A stretch of 64,000 nt of DNA from Candidatus Latescibacterota bacterium. Lineage in GTDB: Bacteria; Latescibacterota; UBA2968; UBA8231. The position numbers and the translations under genes were made by a program. Within the stretch, counting starts at the first letter, position 1; each line of letters opens with the position of its first letter. The notes under the pieces were generated by a model. It was not told the DNA's origin, made no database searches, and saw nothing but the letters and a program-made list of their open reading frames with translations. The stretch covers positions 1,280,001-1,344,000 of the forward strand of contig CBDETY010000003.1 of NCBI GenBank assembly GCA_965243025.1, written 5' to 3'. This document shows positions 45,576 through 55,394 of the stretch, one piece after another.

Positions 45576-45617
45576 AGGAAGGACCCCGTTCTTCCATCTC
45601 ACTCAGGAAAGGAACTC

Positions 45618-46610
45618 ATGAAACTTTTTAAACGATTCCTGGGCCGCTGGTCCAAAGCCGGCAGGGGGCTCGTCCCGGAAGGGCCGGGAAGGAACGACCG
45701 GAAAGGTCTGTCCCTGATCGAGCTGTTCGCCAGGTTCCCCGACGACGCGGCCGCGGAACGCTGGTTCGAGGAAACCCGGTGGAGCAAGCAGATCCACTGC
45801 CCCCACTGCGGCTGTTACGGCATGATATCGGAATGTCCCGACCGCAAATCCATGCCCTACTGGTGCGGGGACTGCCGAAAGCGATTCAGCGTTCGCACCG
45901 GAACGGTGCTGTCCCACTCCAAGGTCCCCCTGCAGAAATGGGTGATCGCCATCTACCTGCACCTGTCCAGCCTCAAGGGCGTGTCCAGCCTGAAGCTGCA
46001 CCGGGACCTCCAGGTAACGCATGCAACGGCCTGGTTCATGGGCCACCGGATACGCGAAGCCTGGTCGGACCAGGAGAAGCTCTCAAGCAGGAGAGGCGAG
46101 ATCGACCAGGCCTATTTTGGCGGAAAGGAGGCCAACAAGCACGCCGACAAGAGACTGCGGGAACGGTGGATGGAGGGAAAAACCATCGTCGTCGGGATGA
46201 AGGACAGGAAAACCGGCAAGGTCGCCGCCAGCGTGGTTCCTGCCGAAACGGCGGACATTCTGAGGGCATTTGCCCGGAAGCACCTGAGAGCAAACGGCAC
46301 CCTGTACAGCGACGGGGCCAGTGCCTTGAAGGATTTCAAGTGGCCGGGAAAATCCGAGTTCGTCATCCACTCGAAAGGCCAGTTCTCTACCGATGGGTCC
46401 CACACCAACGGCATCGAAAGCTTCTGGTCCATGATCAAGCGAGCCTACAAGGGGACCTATCACAAAATGTCCCCGAAGCACCTGCAGCGCTACGTCGACG
46501 AGTTCGTCGGAAGGCACAACATCCGCGACAAGGACACTCTTGAGCAGATGGAAGACCTGGTTGCCCGGATGGTGGGGAAACGGCTGCTGTACCGGGATCT
46601 GGTTAAATAG
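45618..46610 (+). CDS. IS1595-family transposase (third, more divergent copy)
   Basis: CPHCG...YWCGDC, EIDQAYFGG, YSDG and HTNGIESFW motifs. Confidence 0.93.
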   Translation: MKLFKRFLGRWSKAGRGLVPEGPGRNDRKGLSLIELFARFPDDAAAERWFEETRWSKQIHCPHCGCYGMISECPDRKSMPYWCGDCRKRFSVRTGTVLSHSKVPLQKWVIAIYLHLSSLKGVSSLKLHRDLQVTHATAWFMGHRIREAWSDQEKLSSRRGEIDQAYFGGKEANKHADKRLRERWMEGKTIVVGMKDRKTGKVAASVVPAETADILRAFARKHLRANGTLYSDGASALKDFKWPGKSEFVIHSKGQFSTDGSHTNGIESFWSMIKRAYKGTYHKMSPKHLQRYVDEFVGRHNIRDKDTLEQMEDLVARMVGKRLLYRDLVK

Positions 46611-46634
46611 AAACAGCCAGGCCCCTTCGCTGCT

Positions 46635-46670
46635 CCCCCCGCCTCTTCGAAGGTCCGGGGGCTTTTTTGT
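46635..46670 (+). terminator. Rho-independent terminator
   Basis: CCCCC...GGGGG imperfect stem followed by T6 just after the transposase stop. Confidence 0.55.
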
Positions 46671-46710
46671 GCCCTTTCGCAACATCAAACCGCTCAGAAA
46701 AGGAAACCGC

Positions 46711-46920
46711 ATGGTCGAACATCGCACCGTGGAGATCCAGACCGTAGAGGAATGCACCTTCCTTTCGGGACTTCGGATACCTGGAATCTCCATTCAAGGG
46801 GACCGCCAGGGAGGCGGCACCTACGAAATCATCCTGCCCGTAGGCCGGGCAAGGCAACTCATCGAACTGCTGTCCCGGGAGGCCGGAGGAAAGACCCCCG
46901 GGCGTCCGAAGGACATCTGA
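46711..46920 (+). CDS. Small hypothetical protein
   Basis: AAGGA RBS, 69 aa, co-oriented with the cluster. Confidence 0.5.
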   Translation: MVEHRTVEIQTVEECTFLSGLRIPGISIQGDRQGGGTYEIILPVGRARQLIELLSREAGGKTPGRPKDI

Positions 46921-46936
46921 ACGCGAAAGGAGACTG

Positions 46937-47332
46937 ATGATTCCCAATCCCATCAAAGGCAACGGCGAACAGCGGAAACTGCTGAACTCCCTGAAACCGG
47001 TTGTCAAAATCGTCGCCGTGGTCGCGGCCCGAGAAGCGGGGGTGTACCTCTACAAGCTCGCCCTCAACAAGGTCCACACCGAGTGGATCAAGGCGAAGGT
47101 GAAGGACAAGCTGAGGGTCGTTCGCAGGGACTTCGGGATGGAAACCGACCCCGAGCCCGGTCCACGGGACACCCCCGGTATCCCTGACGACGACATCCAG
47201 AACGGCGTGGATCCGGAAGGACCCAGCCCGAGAAGTCGGGCTGCCCAGCGGGCTGCCCAGCGCAGAGTGCGGGACGAAACCGGGAAGTTCGTCCGGAAAG
47301 ATCCACCACGGGAAGGGGGTGATAGCTCATGA
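46937..47332 (+). CDS. Hypothetical protein
   Basis: AAGGAG RBS, 131 aa, C-terminal RDETGKF motif. Confidence 0.6.
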   Translation: MIPNPIKGNGEQRKLLNSLKPVVKIVAVVAAREAGVYLYKLALNKVHTEWIKAKVKDKLRVVRRDFGMETDPEPGPRDTPGIPDDDIQNGVDPEGPSPRSRAAQRAAQRRVRDETGKFVRKDPPREGGDSS

Positions 47333-47412
47333 TGCCAAGGTGGTTGGCGATTCTGCTGGAAGTGGCGCTGGAGGTGATTCAGATCGTGCTGAACCACTGG
47401 CGCAGCCGGTAG
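47329..47412 (+). CDS. 27-aa hydrophobic peptide MMPRWLAILLEVALEVIQIVLNHWRSR
   Basis: GGGGGTG RBS, ATGA overlap with the previous stop, one hydrophobic helix and a W-R-S-R tail. Confidence 0.5.
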   Translation: MMPRWLAILLEVALEVIQIVLNHWRSR

Positions 47413-48128
47413 ATGCCGACCGAGGGGTAGGTGCAATCCGTTGCGCCTATCCTTTAGCCGGTAACGAAAATACAGGCAAGCGACGCAGCCTGGAGGGGCA
47501 GTCCTACGATGTTCCGTGTGGACGATTACATCTGCATCACCTGTGAGCCGCCATGGAAATCCGAAGGGCTCGACTGGCCTACATCATCCATCGATTCGGC
47601 CCCCTCTTGGTGAAGCCGACGGACTCCGGCCATTTCGCCGCCTTTCCGGCCGCGACGGCTTGCTGTCCTCCCCGCAGAGAGGAAGCCGCGCGGAAATCCC
47701 CGAATTGTCGAGGAAGGTCATCACCCCGTAGCGGACTACCGCCAGCGACCGGGCTGAGTCCAGGACTCCTTGCAGAACTGTGTTGAGTCGGGGCTCTCAT
47801 TGATGCGCAGGCTGGCCTGACTCAACCGGGGTCAGGCGCTCCCGCAGGACCTCGTTGTCTCGTTCCATCTCCTCAGCAGGTTTCATCCCTCCTCTCCTTG
47901 TCGGGCTCGGTTTCCAAGCCAAATCGTCCGAAATGTCCATTTTCCACCCCCAATTTCCATAAAAAAACCGCCGAAATGGACCTTATTTTCACCGGTTTAT
48001 CACTCATGGGGGAGTTATATTATTGACCCGGTCTTTTCGTGTCGCAGCCGGTTTCCTCGGCGGAATCCCCACGCTTTTCGCAAGTGGGTTGCATCCGCCC
48101 CAGCAACGCACCAAGGGAGATATCTGGG

Positions 48129-50324
48129 ATGAAAAAGCATTCGGTGTTCCACATGGCCTTGTTGTTGGCCGGCGTCCTGATGACGCAGGACAGTATTGCC
48201 CAGAAGATCCCCCCTTTACCCGAAGGCACCCTTGCCCGCCTGGGCAAAGGGGGAATCAGCTCGGGCGACCGAGGGCTGGCCTGGTCCCCCGACGGCACGC
48301 GGCTGGCGGTGGCCGGCATAGGCGTCTGGTTGTACAACGCCCGCACCCTGTCCGAAATCGCCTGGCTCAGAGGCGATGGGGACCCTGGCCTCTCGTCGGT
48401 GTCGTTCTCCCCGGATGGTCAGACCCTGGCCAGTAGCAGTTCGGACGGGACGGTGCGGTTGTGGGAGGTGGAGACCGGGCAGGAAAAGGCCGTCCTCGAA
48501 GGCCATTCGGGTCCGGTCTACTCGGTGTCGTTCTCCCCGGATGGGTCGTTGCTGGCCAGTGGCAGTGAGGACCAGACGGTGCGGCTGTGGGAGGTGGAGA
48601 CCGGGCAGGAACAGGCGGTCCTCCAAGGCCATACGGGAAGGGTCTACTCGGTGTCGTTTTCGCCGGATGGTCAGATGTTGGCCAGTGGCAGTAGGGACGA
48701 GACGGTGCGGTTGTGGGAGGTGGAGACCGGGCAGGAACAGGCGGTCCTCCAAGGCCATGCGGGGAGCGTCTCCTCGGTGTCGTTTTCCCCGGATGGTCAG
48801 ACCCTGGCCAGTGGCGGTTGGGACGAAACGGTGCGGTTGTGGGAGGTGGAGACGGGGCAGGAACAGGCCGTCCACCAGCGCCATACGGGTGGAGTCTCCT
48901 CGGTGTCGTTCTCCCCGGATGGTCGGACCCTGGCAAGTGGCAGTTGGGACGATACGGTGCGGTTGTGGGATATGGAATCCGGGCAGCAAAGGGCGGTCCT
49001 CCGAGGCCATGCGGGGAGCGTCTCCTCGGTGTCGTTCTCGCCGGATGGTCAGACCCTGGCCAGTGGCGGTAATGACCAGAGGGTGCGGTTGTGGGATGTG
49101 GAGACGGGGCAGGAAAAGGCCGTCCTCCAAGACCATACGGGGATCGTCTACTCGGTGTCGTTCTCCCCGGATGGTCAAACCCTGGCCAGTGGCAGTTACG
49201 ACCAGACGGTGCGGTTGTGGGATGTGGAGACGGGGCAGGAAAAGGCCGTCCTCCAGGGCCATACGAGTGGAGTCTCCTCGGTGTCGTACTCCCCGGACGG
49301 TCAGACGCTGGCCAGTGCCAGTTATGACCAGACGGTGTGGTTGTGGGATGTGGAGACCGGGCAGCAAAGGGCGGTTCTCCAAGGACAGATCCAATCGGTG
49401 TCGTTCTCCCCGGATGGTCAGATGTTGGCCAGTGGCGGTTGGGACGAGACGGTGCGGTTGTGGGATGTGGAATCCGGGCAGCAAAGGGCGGTCCTCCAAG
49501 GACATAGGAGTGAGGTCGAATCGGTGTCGTTCTCCCCGGATGGGCAGACCCTGGCCAGTGGCAGTTGGGACGATACGGGGGTGCGGTTGTGGGATGTGGC
49601 CAGCGGGCAGGAAAAGGCCGTCCTCCAAGGACATACGGCTGGGATCGAATCGGTGTCGTTCTCCCCGGATGGTCAGACCCTGGCCAGTGCCGGTAATGAC
49701 CGGACGGTGCGGTTGTGGGATGTGGAGACCGGGCAGCAAAGGGCGGTCCTCCAAGGCCATACGGGTTTGGTCGAATCGGTGTCGTTCTCCCCGGATGGTC
49801 GGACCCTGGCCAGTGGCGGTTGGGACGATACGGTGCGATTGTGGGATGTGGAGACGGGGCAGGAACAGGCCGTCCTCCAAGGCCATACGCGATTGGTCTA
49901 CTCGGTGTCGTTCTCCCCGGATGGTCAGATTTTGGCCAGTGGCAGTTCGGACGGCACGATTCTGCTGTGGGACATGGCGCCCTATCTCTCCCCCATTACC
50001 GCGGTCGAAACCCTTTCTGCCTCGCTGCCGGCCTCGACGGCGCTGCTGGCCAACTATCCCAACCCCTTCAACCCTGACACCTGGATTCCCTTTCAACTGC
50101 ACGCGCCGGCCCCGGTGCGCCTGAGCATCTACGACGCCCGGGGGGCGCTGGTCCGGGAAATCGATCTGGGTCATCGGGCGGCGGGTCAGTACCTGACCAG
50201 CGCCGGCGCCCTCCGGTGGGATGGCCGCGATCAGCGCGGCCAGCGGGTCGCCAGCGGAGTGTATCTGTATCGGTTGCAGGCCGGCCGGTTCGCCCAGGTG
50301 CGCAGGATGCTCCTTCTCAAATAG
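48129..50324 (+). CDS. Secreted WD40-repeat protein (14 repeats) with C-terminal FlgD/T9SS-type-A-like domain
   Basis: Signal peptide, GH...SVSFSPDG...LWD repeats and NYPNPFNP...WDGRD...ASGVYLYRL. Confidence 0.92.
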   Translation: MKKHSVFHMALLLAGVLMTQDSIAQKIPPLPEGTLARLGKGGISSGDRGLAWSPDGTRLAVAGIGVWLYNARTLSEIAWLRGDGDPGLSSVSFSPDGQTLASSSSDGTVRLWEVETGQEKAVLEGHSGPVYSVSFSPDGSLLASGSEDQTVRLWEVETGQEQAVLQGHTGRVYSVSFSPDGQMLASGSRDETVRLWEVETGQEQAVLQGHAGSVSSVSFSPDGQTLASGGWDETVRLWEVETGQEQAVHQRHTGGVSSVSFSPDGRTLASGSWDDTVRLWDMESGQQRAVLRGHAGSVSSVSFSPDGQTLASGGNDQRVRLWDVETGQEKAVLQDHTGIVYSVSFSPDGQTLASGSYDQTVRLWDVETGQEKAVLQGHTSGVSSVSYSPDGQTLASASYDQTVWLWDVETGQQRAVLQGQIQSVSFSPDGQMLASGGWDETVRLWDVESGQQRAVLQGHRSEVESVSFSPDGQTLASGSWDDTGVRLWDVASGQEKAVLQGHTAGIESVSFSPDGQTLASAGNDRTVRLWDVETGQQRAVLQGHTGLVESVSFSPDGRTLASGGWDDTVRLWDVETGQEQAVLQGHTRLVYSVSFSPDGQILASGSSDGTILLWDMAPYLSPITAVETLSASLPASTALLANYPNPFNPDTWIPFQLHAPAPVRLSIYDARGALVREIDLGHRAAGQYLTSAGALRWDGRDQRGQRVASGVYLYRLQAGRFAQVRRMLLLK

Positions 50325-50461
50325 CCTGGCCGGGAGGGATAACGCCCAAAGTGAACCGGCCCCCGGTGTTGAAGGTCCCGGAGGTTTTCCAATTCCTGAG
50401 GCGGGATGACAGGGGAACCTGGCCGTCTTCGGGACCCCACACCCCAAAAGAGGTAGCTCGG

Positions 50462-52651
50462 ATGAAAAAGCGTTCAGTGTTCCTCATGGCCTGGTTGGCC
50501 GGCGTCCTGATGGCGCAGGAGAGTTTTGCCCAGACGATACCCCCTTTACCCGAAGGCGCCCTCGCCCGCATGGGCAAAGGGAGTATCGGAAAGGGCGACG
50601 GAGGGGTGGCCTGGTCTCCCGACGGCACGCGGCTGGCGGTGGCCAGCATAGGCGGCATCTGGTTGTACAACGCCCGCACCCTGTCCGAATTGGCCCTGCT
50701 CCAAGACCTTGCCTGGTCGGTCCACTCGGTGTCGTTCTCCCCGGATGGTCGGACCCTGGCCAGTGGCAGCAACAGGACAGTGCGGTTGTGGGATGTGGAA
50801 ACCGGGCAAGAAAAGGCCGCCCTCCAAGGACATACGGACAACGTCCGCTCGGTGTCGTTCTCCCCGGATGGCCGGACCCTCGCCAGTGGCGCGGGTGGGG
50901 ACGAGACGATCCGGTTGTGGGATGTGGAGTCCGGGCAGGAAAAGGCGGTCCTCGAAGGCCATGCGGGGGGGATCACCTCGGTGTCGTTCTCCCCGGATAG
51001 CCGGACCCTGGTCAGTGGCAGTTACGACCAGACGGTGCGGTTGTGGGATGTGGAAACGGGGCAGGAAAAGGCGGTCCTCGAAGGCCATACGCAAACGGTC
51101 ACTTCGGTGTCGTTCTCCCGGGATGGTCAGACCCTGGCCAGTGGCAGTTGGGACGAGACGGTGCGGTTGTGGGAGGTGGAGACCGGGCAAGAAAACGCCG
51201 TCCTTGGCCAGAGGTGGGTCTACTCGGTGTCGTTCTCCCCGGATGGTGGGACCCTGGCCAGTGGAAATGGGGACGGGACCATTCGATTGTGGGACGTGGC
51301 CAGCGGCCAGGAACAGGCCGTCCTCCAAGGCCATGCGCAAGCGGTCGCCTGGGCGCGGTTCTCCCCGGATGGTCAAAGCCTGGCCAGTGGCAGTTGGGAC
51401 GAGACGGTGCGGTTGTGGGAGGTGGAAACCGGGCAGCAAACAGCCGTCCTCCAAGACCATTCGGGTTTGGTCAACTCGGTGTCGTTCTCCCCGGATGGTC
51501 AAAGCCTGGCCAGTGGCAGTTGGGACCAGACGGTGCGGTTGTGGGAGGTGGAGACCGGGCGGCTGAAGGCCCACCTCCAAGGCCATACGCATAGGGTCAA
51601 CTCGGTGTCGTTCTCCCCGGATGGCCAGACCCTGGCCAGTGGCAGTGGGGACGAGACGGTGCGATTGTGGGATGTGGCCAGCGGCCAGGAACAGGCCGTC
51701 CTCGAAGGCCATTCGGACAGGATCCATTCGGTGTCCTTTTCGCCGGACGGTCAGACCCTGGCCAGTGGCAGTGATGGCGGGACGGTGTGGTTGTGGGAAA
51801 TGGAGTCAGGGCAAGAACAGGCCGTCCTCGAAGGCCATTCGGACAGGATCCTCTCGGTGTCGTTCTCCCCGAATGGTCGGACTCTGGGCAGTGGCAGTGC
51901 TGACGAGACGGTGCGATTGTGGGATGTGGCCAGCGGCCAGGAACAGGCCGTCCTCCAAGGCCATACGCATTGGGTCAACTCGGTGTCGTTCTCCCCGAAT
52001 GGTCGGACTCTGGGCAGTGGCAGTGCTGACGAGACGGTGCGATTGTGGGATGTGGCCAGCGGCCAGGAACAGGCCGTCCTCCAAGGCCATACGCATTGGG
52101 TCAACTCGGTGTCGTTTTCGCCGGATGGTCAGACCCTGGCCAGTGGCAGTTCGGACGAGACGGTGCGGTTGTGGGATGTGGAGACCGGGCAAGAAAAGGC
52201 CACCCGCTACCATACGTGGGGTGTCAACTCGGTGTCGTTTTCGCCGGATGGGCAGATTTTGGCCAGTGGCAGTGGGGACGGCACGATTCTGCTGTGGGAC
52301 ATGGCGCCCTACGTCCCCCCCATTACCGCGGTCGAAACCCTTTCTGCCTCGCTGCCGGCCTCGACGGCGCTGCTGGCCAACTATCCCAACCCCTTCAACC
52401 CCGACACCTGGATTCCCTTTCAACTGCTCGAGCCGGCCCCGGTGCGCCTGAGCATCTACGACGCCCGGGGGGCGCTGGTCCGGGAAATCGATGTGGGTCA
52501 TCGGGCGGCGGGTCAGTACCTGACCAGCGCCGGCGCCCTCCGGTGGGACGGCCGCGATCAGCGCGGCCAGCGGGTCGCCAGCGGAGTGTATCTGTATCGG
52601 TTGCAGGCCGGCCGGTTCGCCCAGGTGCGCAGGATGCTCCTTCTCAAATAG
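50462..52651 (+). CDS. Secreted WD40-repeat protein (14 repeats) with C-terminal FlgD-like domain
   Basis: Same architecture. C-terminal domain nearly identical to that of the first copy. Confidence 0.92.
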   Translation: MKKRSVFLMAWLAGVLMAQESFAQTIPPLPEGALARMGKGSIGKGDGGVAWSPDGTRLAVASIGGIWLYNARTLSELALLQDLAWSVHSVSFSPDGRTLASGSNRTVRLWDVETGQEKAALQGHTDNVRSVSFSPDGRTLASGAGGDETIRLWDVESGQEKAVLEGHAGGITSVSFSPDSRTLVSGSYDQTVRLWDVETGQEKAVLEGHTQTVTSVSFSRDGQTLASGSWDETVRLWEVETGQENAVLGQRWVYSVSFSPDGGTLASGNGDGTIRLWDVASGQEQAVLQGHAQAVAWARFSPDGQSLASGSWDETVRLWEVETGQQTAVLQDHSGLVNSVSFSPDGQSLASGSWDQTVRLWEVETGRLKAHLQGHTHRVNSVSFSPDGQTLASGSGDETVRLWDVASGQEQAVLEGHSDRIHSVSFSPDGQTLASGSDGGTVWLWEMESGQEQAVLEGHSDRILSVSFSPNGRTLGSGSADETVRLWDVASGQEQAVLQGHTHWVNSVSFSPNGRTLGSGSADETVRLWDVASGQEQAVLQGHTHWVNSVSFSPDGQTLASGSSDETVRLWDVETGQEKATRYHTWGVNSVSFSPDGQILASGSGDGTILLWDMAPYVPPITAVETLSASLPASTALLANYPNPFNPDTWIPFQLLEPAPVRLSIYDARGALVREIDVGHRAAGQYLTSAGALRWDGRDQRGQRVASGVYLYRLQAGRFAQVRRMLLLK

Positions 52652-52784
52652 CTGGCCGGGGGATAACTCCCAAAGCGAACCCGGCCCCCGGTTTGCAGGT
52701 CCCGGAGGTTATTCAATTCCCGAGGCGGATGACAGGGGAACCCCGGCCGCCTTCGGGACGCCACACCCAAAGGAGGTAGCTCGG

Positions 52785-54992
52785 ATGAAAAAGCGTTCAG
52801 TGTTCCTCATGGCCTGGTTGTTGGCCGGCGCCCTGATGGCGCAGGAGAGTTTTGCCCAGACGATACCCCCCTTACCCGAAGGCGCCCTTGCCCGCCTGGG
52901 CAAAGGGGGTATCGGAGAGGGCGACCGAGGGGTGGCCTGGTCCCCCGACGGCACGCGGCTGGCGGTGGCCGGCGTGGGCATCTGGTTGTACGACGCCCGC
53001 ACTCTGTCCGAAGTCGCCTGGCTCAGAGGCGATGCGGACTATTTCCTCTCATCGGTGTCGTTCTCCCCGGATGGTCAGACTCTGGCCGGTGGCAGTGAGG
53101 ACAACACGGTCCGGTTGTGGGATGTGGAGACCGGGCAGGAACAGGCCGTCCTCCAAGGCCATTGGAGTTCGGTCACCTCGGTGTCGTTCTCCCCGGATGG
53201 TCAGATGTTGGCCAGTGGCAGTTGGGACGAGACGGTGCGGTTGTGGGAGGTGGAGACGGGGCAGGAAAAGGCCGTCCTCGAAGGCCATACGCAAGCGGTC
53301 ACCTCGGTGTCGTTCTCCTGGGATGGTCAGACCCTGGCCAGTGGCAGTTGGGACGAGACGGTGCGGTTGTGGGAGGTGGAGACGGGGCAGGAACAGGCCG
53401 TCCTCGAAGGCCATACGGGTCCGGTCTCCTCGGTGTCGTTCTCCCCGCATGGGCAGACCCTGGCCAGTGGCAGCTATTGGGACTCGTCCGTGCGGTTGTG
53501 GGATGCGGAGACCGGGCAGGAACAGGCCACCCTCCTCCATCCGGAGGGGGTCACCGCGGTGTCGTTCGACCGGGAGGGTTGGACCCTTGCCGGTGCCGGT
53601 ACTGGGGAGGGGATCATTCTAGTGTGGGAGGTGGAGACCGGCCAGGAACTGGCGTTCCTCACAGGCCCTGAGTGGGTGGATGTCACCTCGGTGTCGTTCT
53701 CCCCGGACGGTCAGACCTTGGCCAGTGGCGGTCTGGACCAGAGGGTGCGGGTGTGGGATCTGGAGACCGGGCAGGAAATGGCCGTCCTCCAAGACCATAC
53801 CGATGGGGTCAACTCGGTGTCGTTCTCCCCGGAGGGTCAAACCCTGGCCAGCGGCAACGGGGACGGGACGGTGCGGGTGTGGGATGTGGCCAACCAGGAA
53901 CAGGCCGTCCTTGAAGAGTTATACGGGGGGTGGGTCAGTTCGGTGTCGTTCTCCCCGGATGGGCAGACCCTGGCCAGCAGCCAAGGGGACCGGAGGGTGG
54001 TCCTGTTGTGGGAAGTGGAACCCTGGCAGGAAAAGGCCACTCTCTGTTGCCAGCAGTGGGAGGTCATTTCGGTGTCGTTTTCGCCGGATGGCTCGCTGCT
54101 GGCCAGTGGCCATATAGACGGAACCGTCCAATTGTGGGACATGGCCAGCGGCCAGGAACAGGCCGTCTTCGAAGGCCATACGGACTGGGTCAACTCAGTG
54201 TCGTTTTCGCCGGATGGGTCGCAGCTGGCCAGTGGCAGTCGGGACGAGACGGTGCGGTTGTGGGATGTGGAAACCGGGCAGGAACAGGCCGTCCTCCAAG
54301 GCCATACGGATTGGGTCCGGTCGGTGTCGTTTTCGCCGGATGGTCAGACCCTGGCCAGTGGCAGCAGGGATGGGGGGACCATTCGATTATGGGACGTGGC
54401 CAGCGGCCAGGGACAGGCCGTCTTCGAAGGCCATACGGATGGGGTCAACGCGGTGTCGTTTTCGCCGGATGGTCGGACCCTGGCCAGTGGCAGTGATGAC
54501 TACACGGTCCGGTTGTGGGATGTGGAGACCGGGCAGGAACAGGCCGTCCTCCAAGGCCATTCGGGGTGGGTCTCCTCGGTGTCGTTCTCCCCGGATGGTC
54601 AGATTTTGGCCAGTGGCAGTGGGGACGGCACGGTCTTGCTGTGGGACACGACGCGGTTTGTCCCCGACTCGTCCGTTCCTACTGCGGTCGCCGCAGCCGA
54701 GAGCAGCGCACCGGCGGCCAGCCGCCTGGAGCCGAATCACCCCAACCCCTTCAACGGACGCACCCGCATCTCCTATCGTCTGGCCGCATCCGGCCGGGTT
54801 CGGCTGGAAATCTGCAATGCCCTGGGACAGTCGGTGCGCACCTTGGTGGATCAGGTCCAGCCCGCCGGCGCGTATCGGGTCGTCTGGGACGCCCGCGATC
54901 AGCAGGGCGCCACGGTGGCCGCCGGAGTCTATCTGACGCGCCTGTCATTTCCGGGCGGACGGCAGACGCGCCGGCTGCTCTACCTAAAGTAG
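52785..54992 (+). CDS. Secreted WD40-repeat protein (14 repeats) with a different C-terminal FlgD-like domain
   Basis: Same N-terminus and repeats. C-terminus NHPNPFN...WDARD...AAGVYL is divergent. Confidence 0.92.
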   Translation: MKKRSVFLMAWLLAGALMAQESFAQTIPPLPEGALARLGKGGIGEGDRGVAWSPDGTRLAVAGVGIWLYDARTLSEVAWLRGDADYFLSSVSFSPDGQTLAGGSEDNTVRLWDVETGQEQAVLQGHWSSVTSVSFSPDGQMLASGSWDETVRLWEVETGQEKAVLEGHTQAVTSVSFSWDGQTLASGSWDETVRLWEVETGQEQAVLEGHTGPVSSVSFSPHGQTLASGSYWDSSVRLWDAETGQEQATLLHPEGVTAVSFDREGWTLAGAGTGEGIILVWEVETGQELAFLTGPEWVDVTSVSFSPDGQTLASGGLDQRVRVWDLETGQEMAVLQDHTDGVNSVSFSPEGQTLASGNGDGTVRVWDVANQEQAVLEELYGGWVSSVSFSPDGQTLASSQGDRRVVLLWEVEPWQEKATLCCQQWEVISVSFSPDGSLLASGHIDGTVQLWDMASGQEQAVFEGHTDWVNSVSFSPDGSQLASGSRDETVRLWDVETGQEQAVLQGHTDWVRSVSFSPDGQTLASGSRDGGTIRLWDVASGQGQAVFEGHTDGVNAVSFSPDGRTLASGSDDYTVRLWDVETGQEQAVLQGHSGWVSSVSFSPDGQILASGSGDGTVLLWDTTRFVPDSSVPTAVAAAESSAPAASRLEPNHPNPFNGRTRISYRLAASGRVRLEICNALGQSVRTLVDQVQPAGAYRVVWDARDQQGATVAAGVYLTRLSFPGGRQTRRLLYLK

Positions 54993-55394
54993 ACCACCGG
55001 TACTCTTCAAGATCGAATCGACCACGTCTTTCCGGAAAGGACGAATCGTTGGGCAGGAAAGTAGATCACCCTGCTGCGATAAAATGCCGGAACGCCGATA
55101 TCAATTACCTCTTCTCTAACGAAGCCCTTTTCCAAGAAAAGAAGAAGGATCAGATGGCAGCTTGGGCGGACCAACTCATCATCGCTGAGCGGGCTTTACG
55201 GCTTCCAGATACGCATTTTCTGGACGAGCACGGTTTCCGCCACATTCTTTCACGATTTCCAGGTTCCGGATCCATTCCGGACAGGGATGATGAAGTCGAG
55301 GTTGAGGGAGTCTCAGCGAAAGACCCGCCCCGAAAGGTGCGTTGTGGCGACTTGGGATCTTGTTGCCATGAAGGGATGAAGATCTCCTCGTCCG

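Noticed and set aside
43041-47420. Prophage
   Set aside because: No integrase, replication, terminase or structural genes recognised.
48010-52671. GGGAGTTAT / ATAACTCCC as ends of a nested IS around two WD40 genes
   Set aside because: Only a 9-bp match and no flanking target duplication.
48129-54992. Diversity-generating retroelement acting on the WD40 repeats
   Set aside because: No reverse transcriptase in the window, and differences between repeats are not restricted to adenines.
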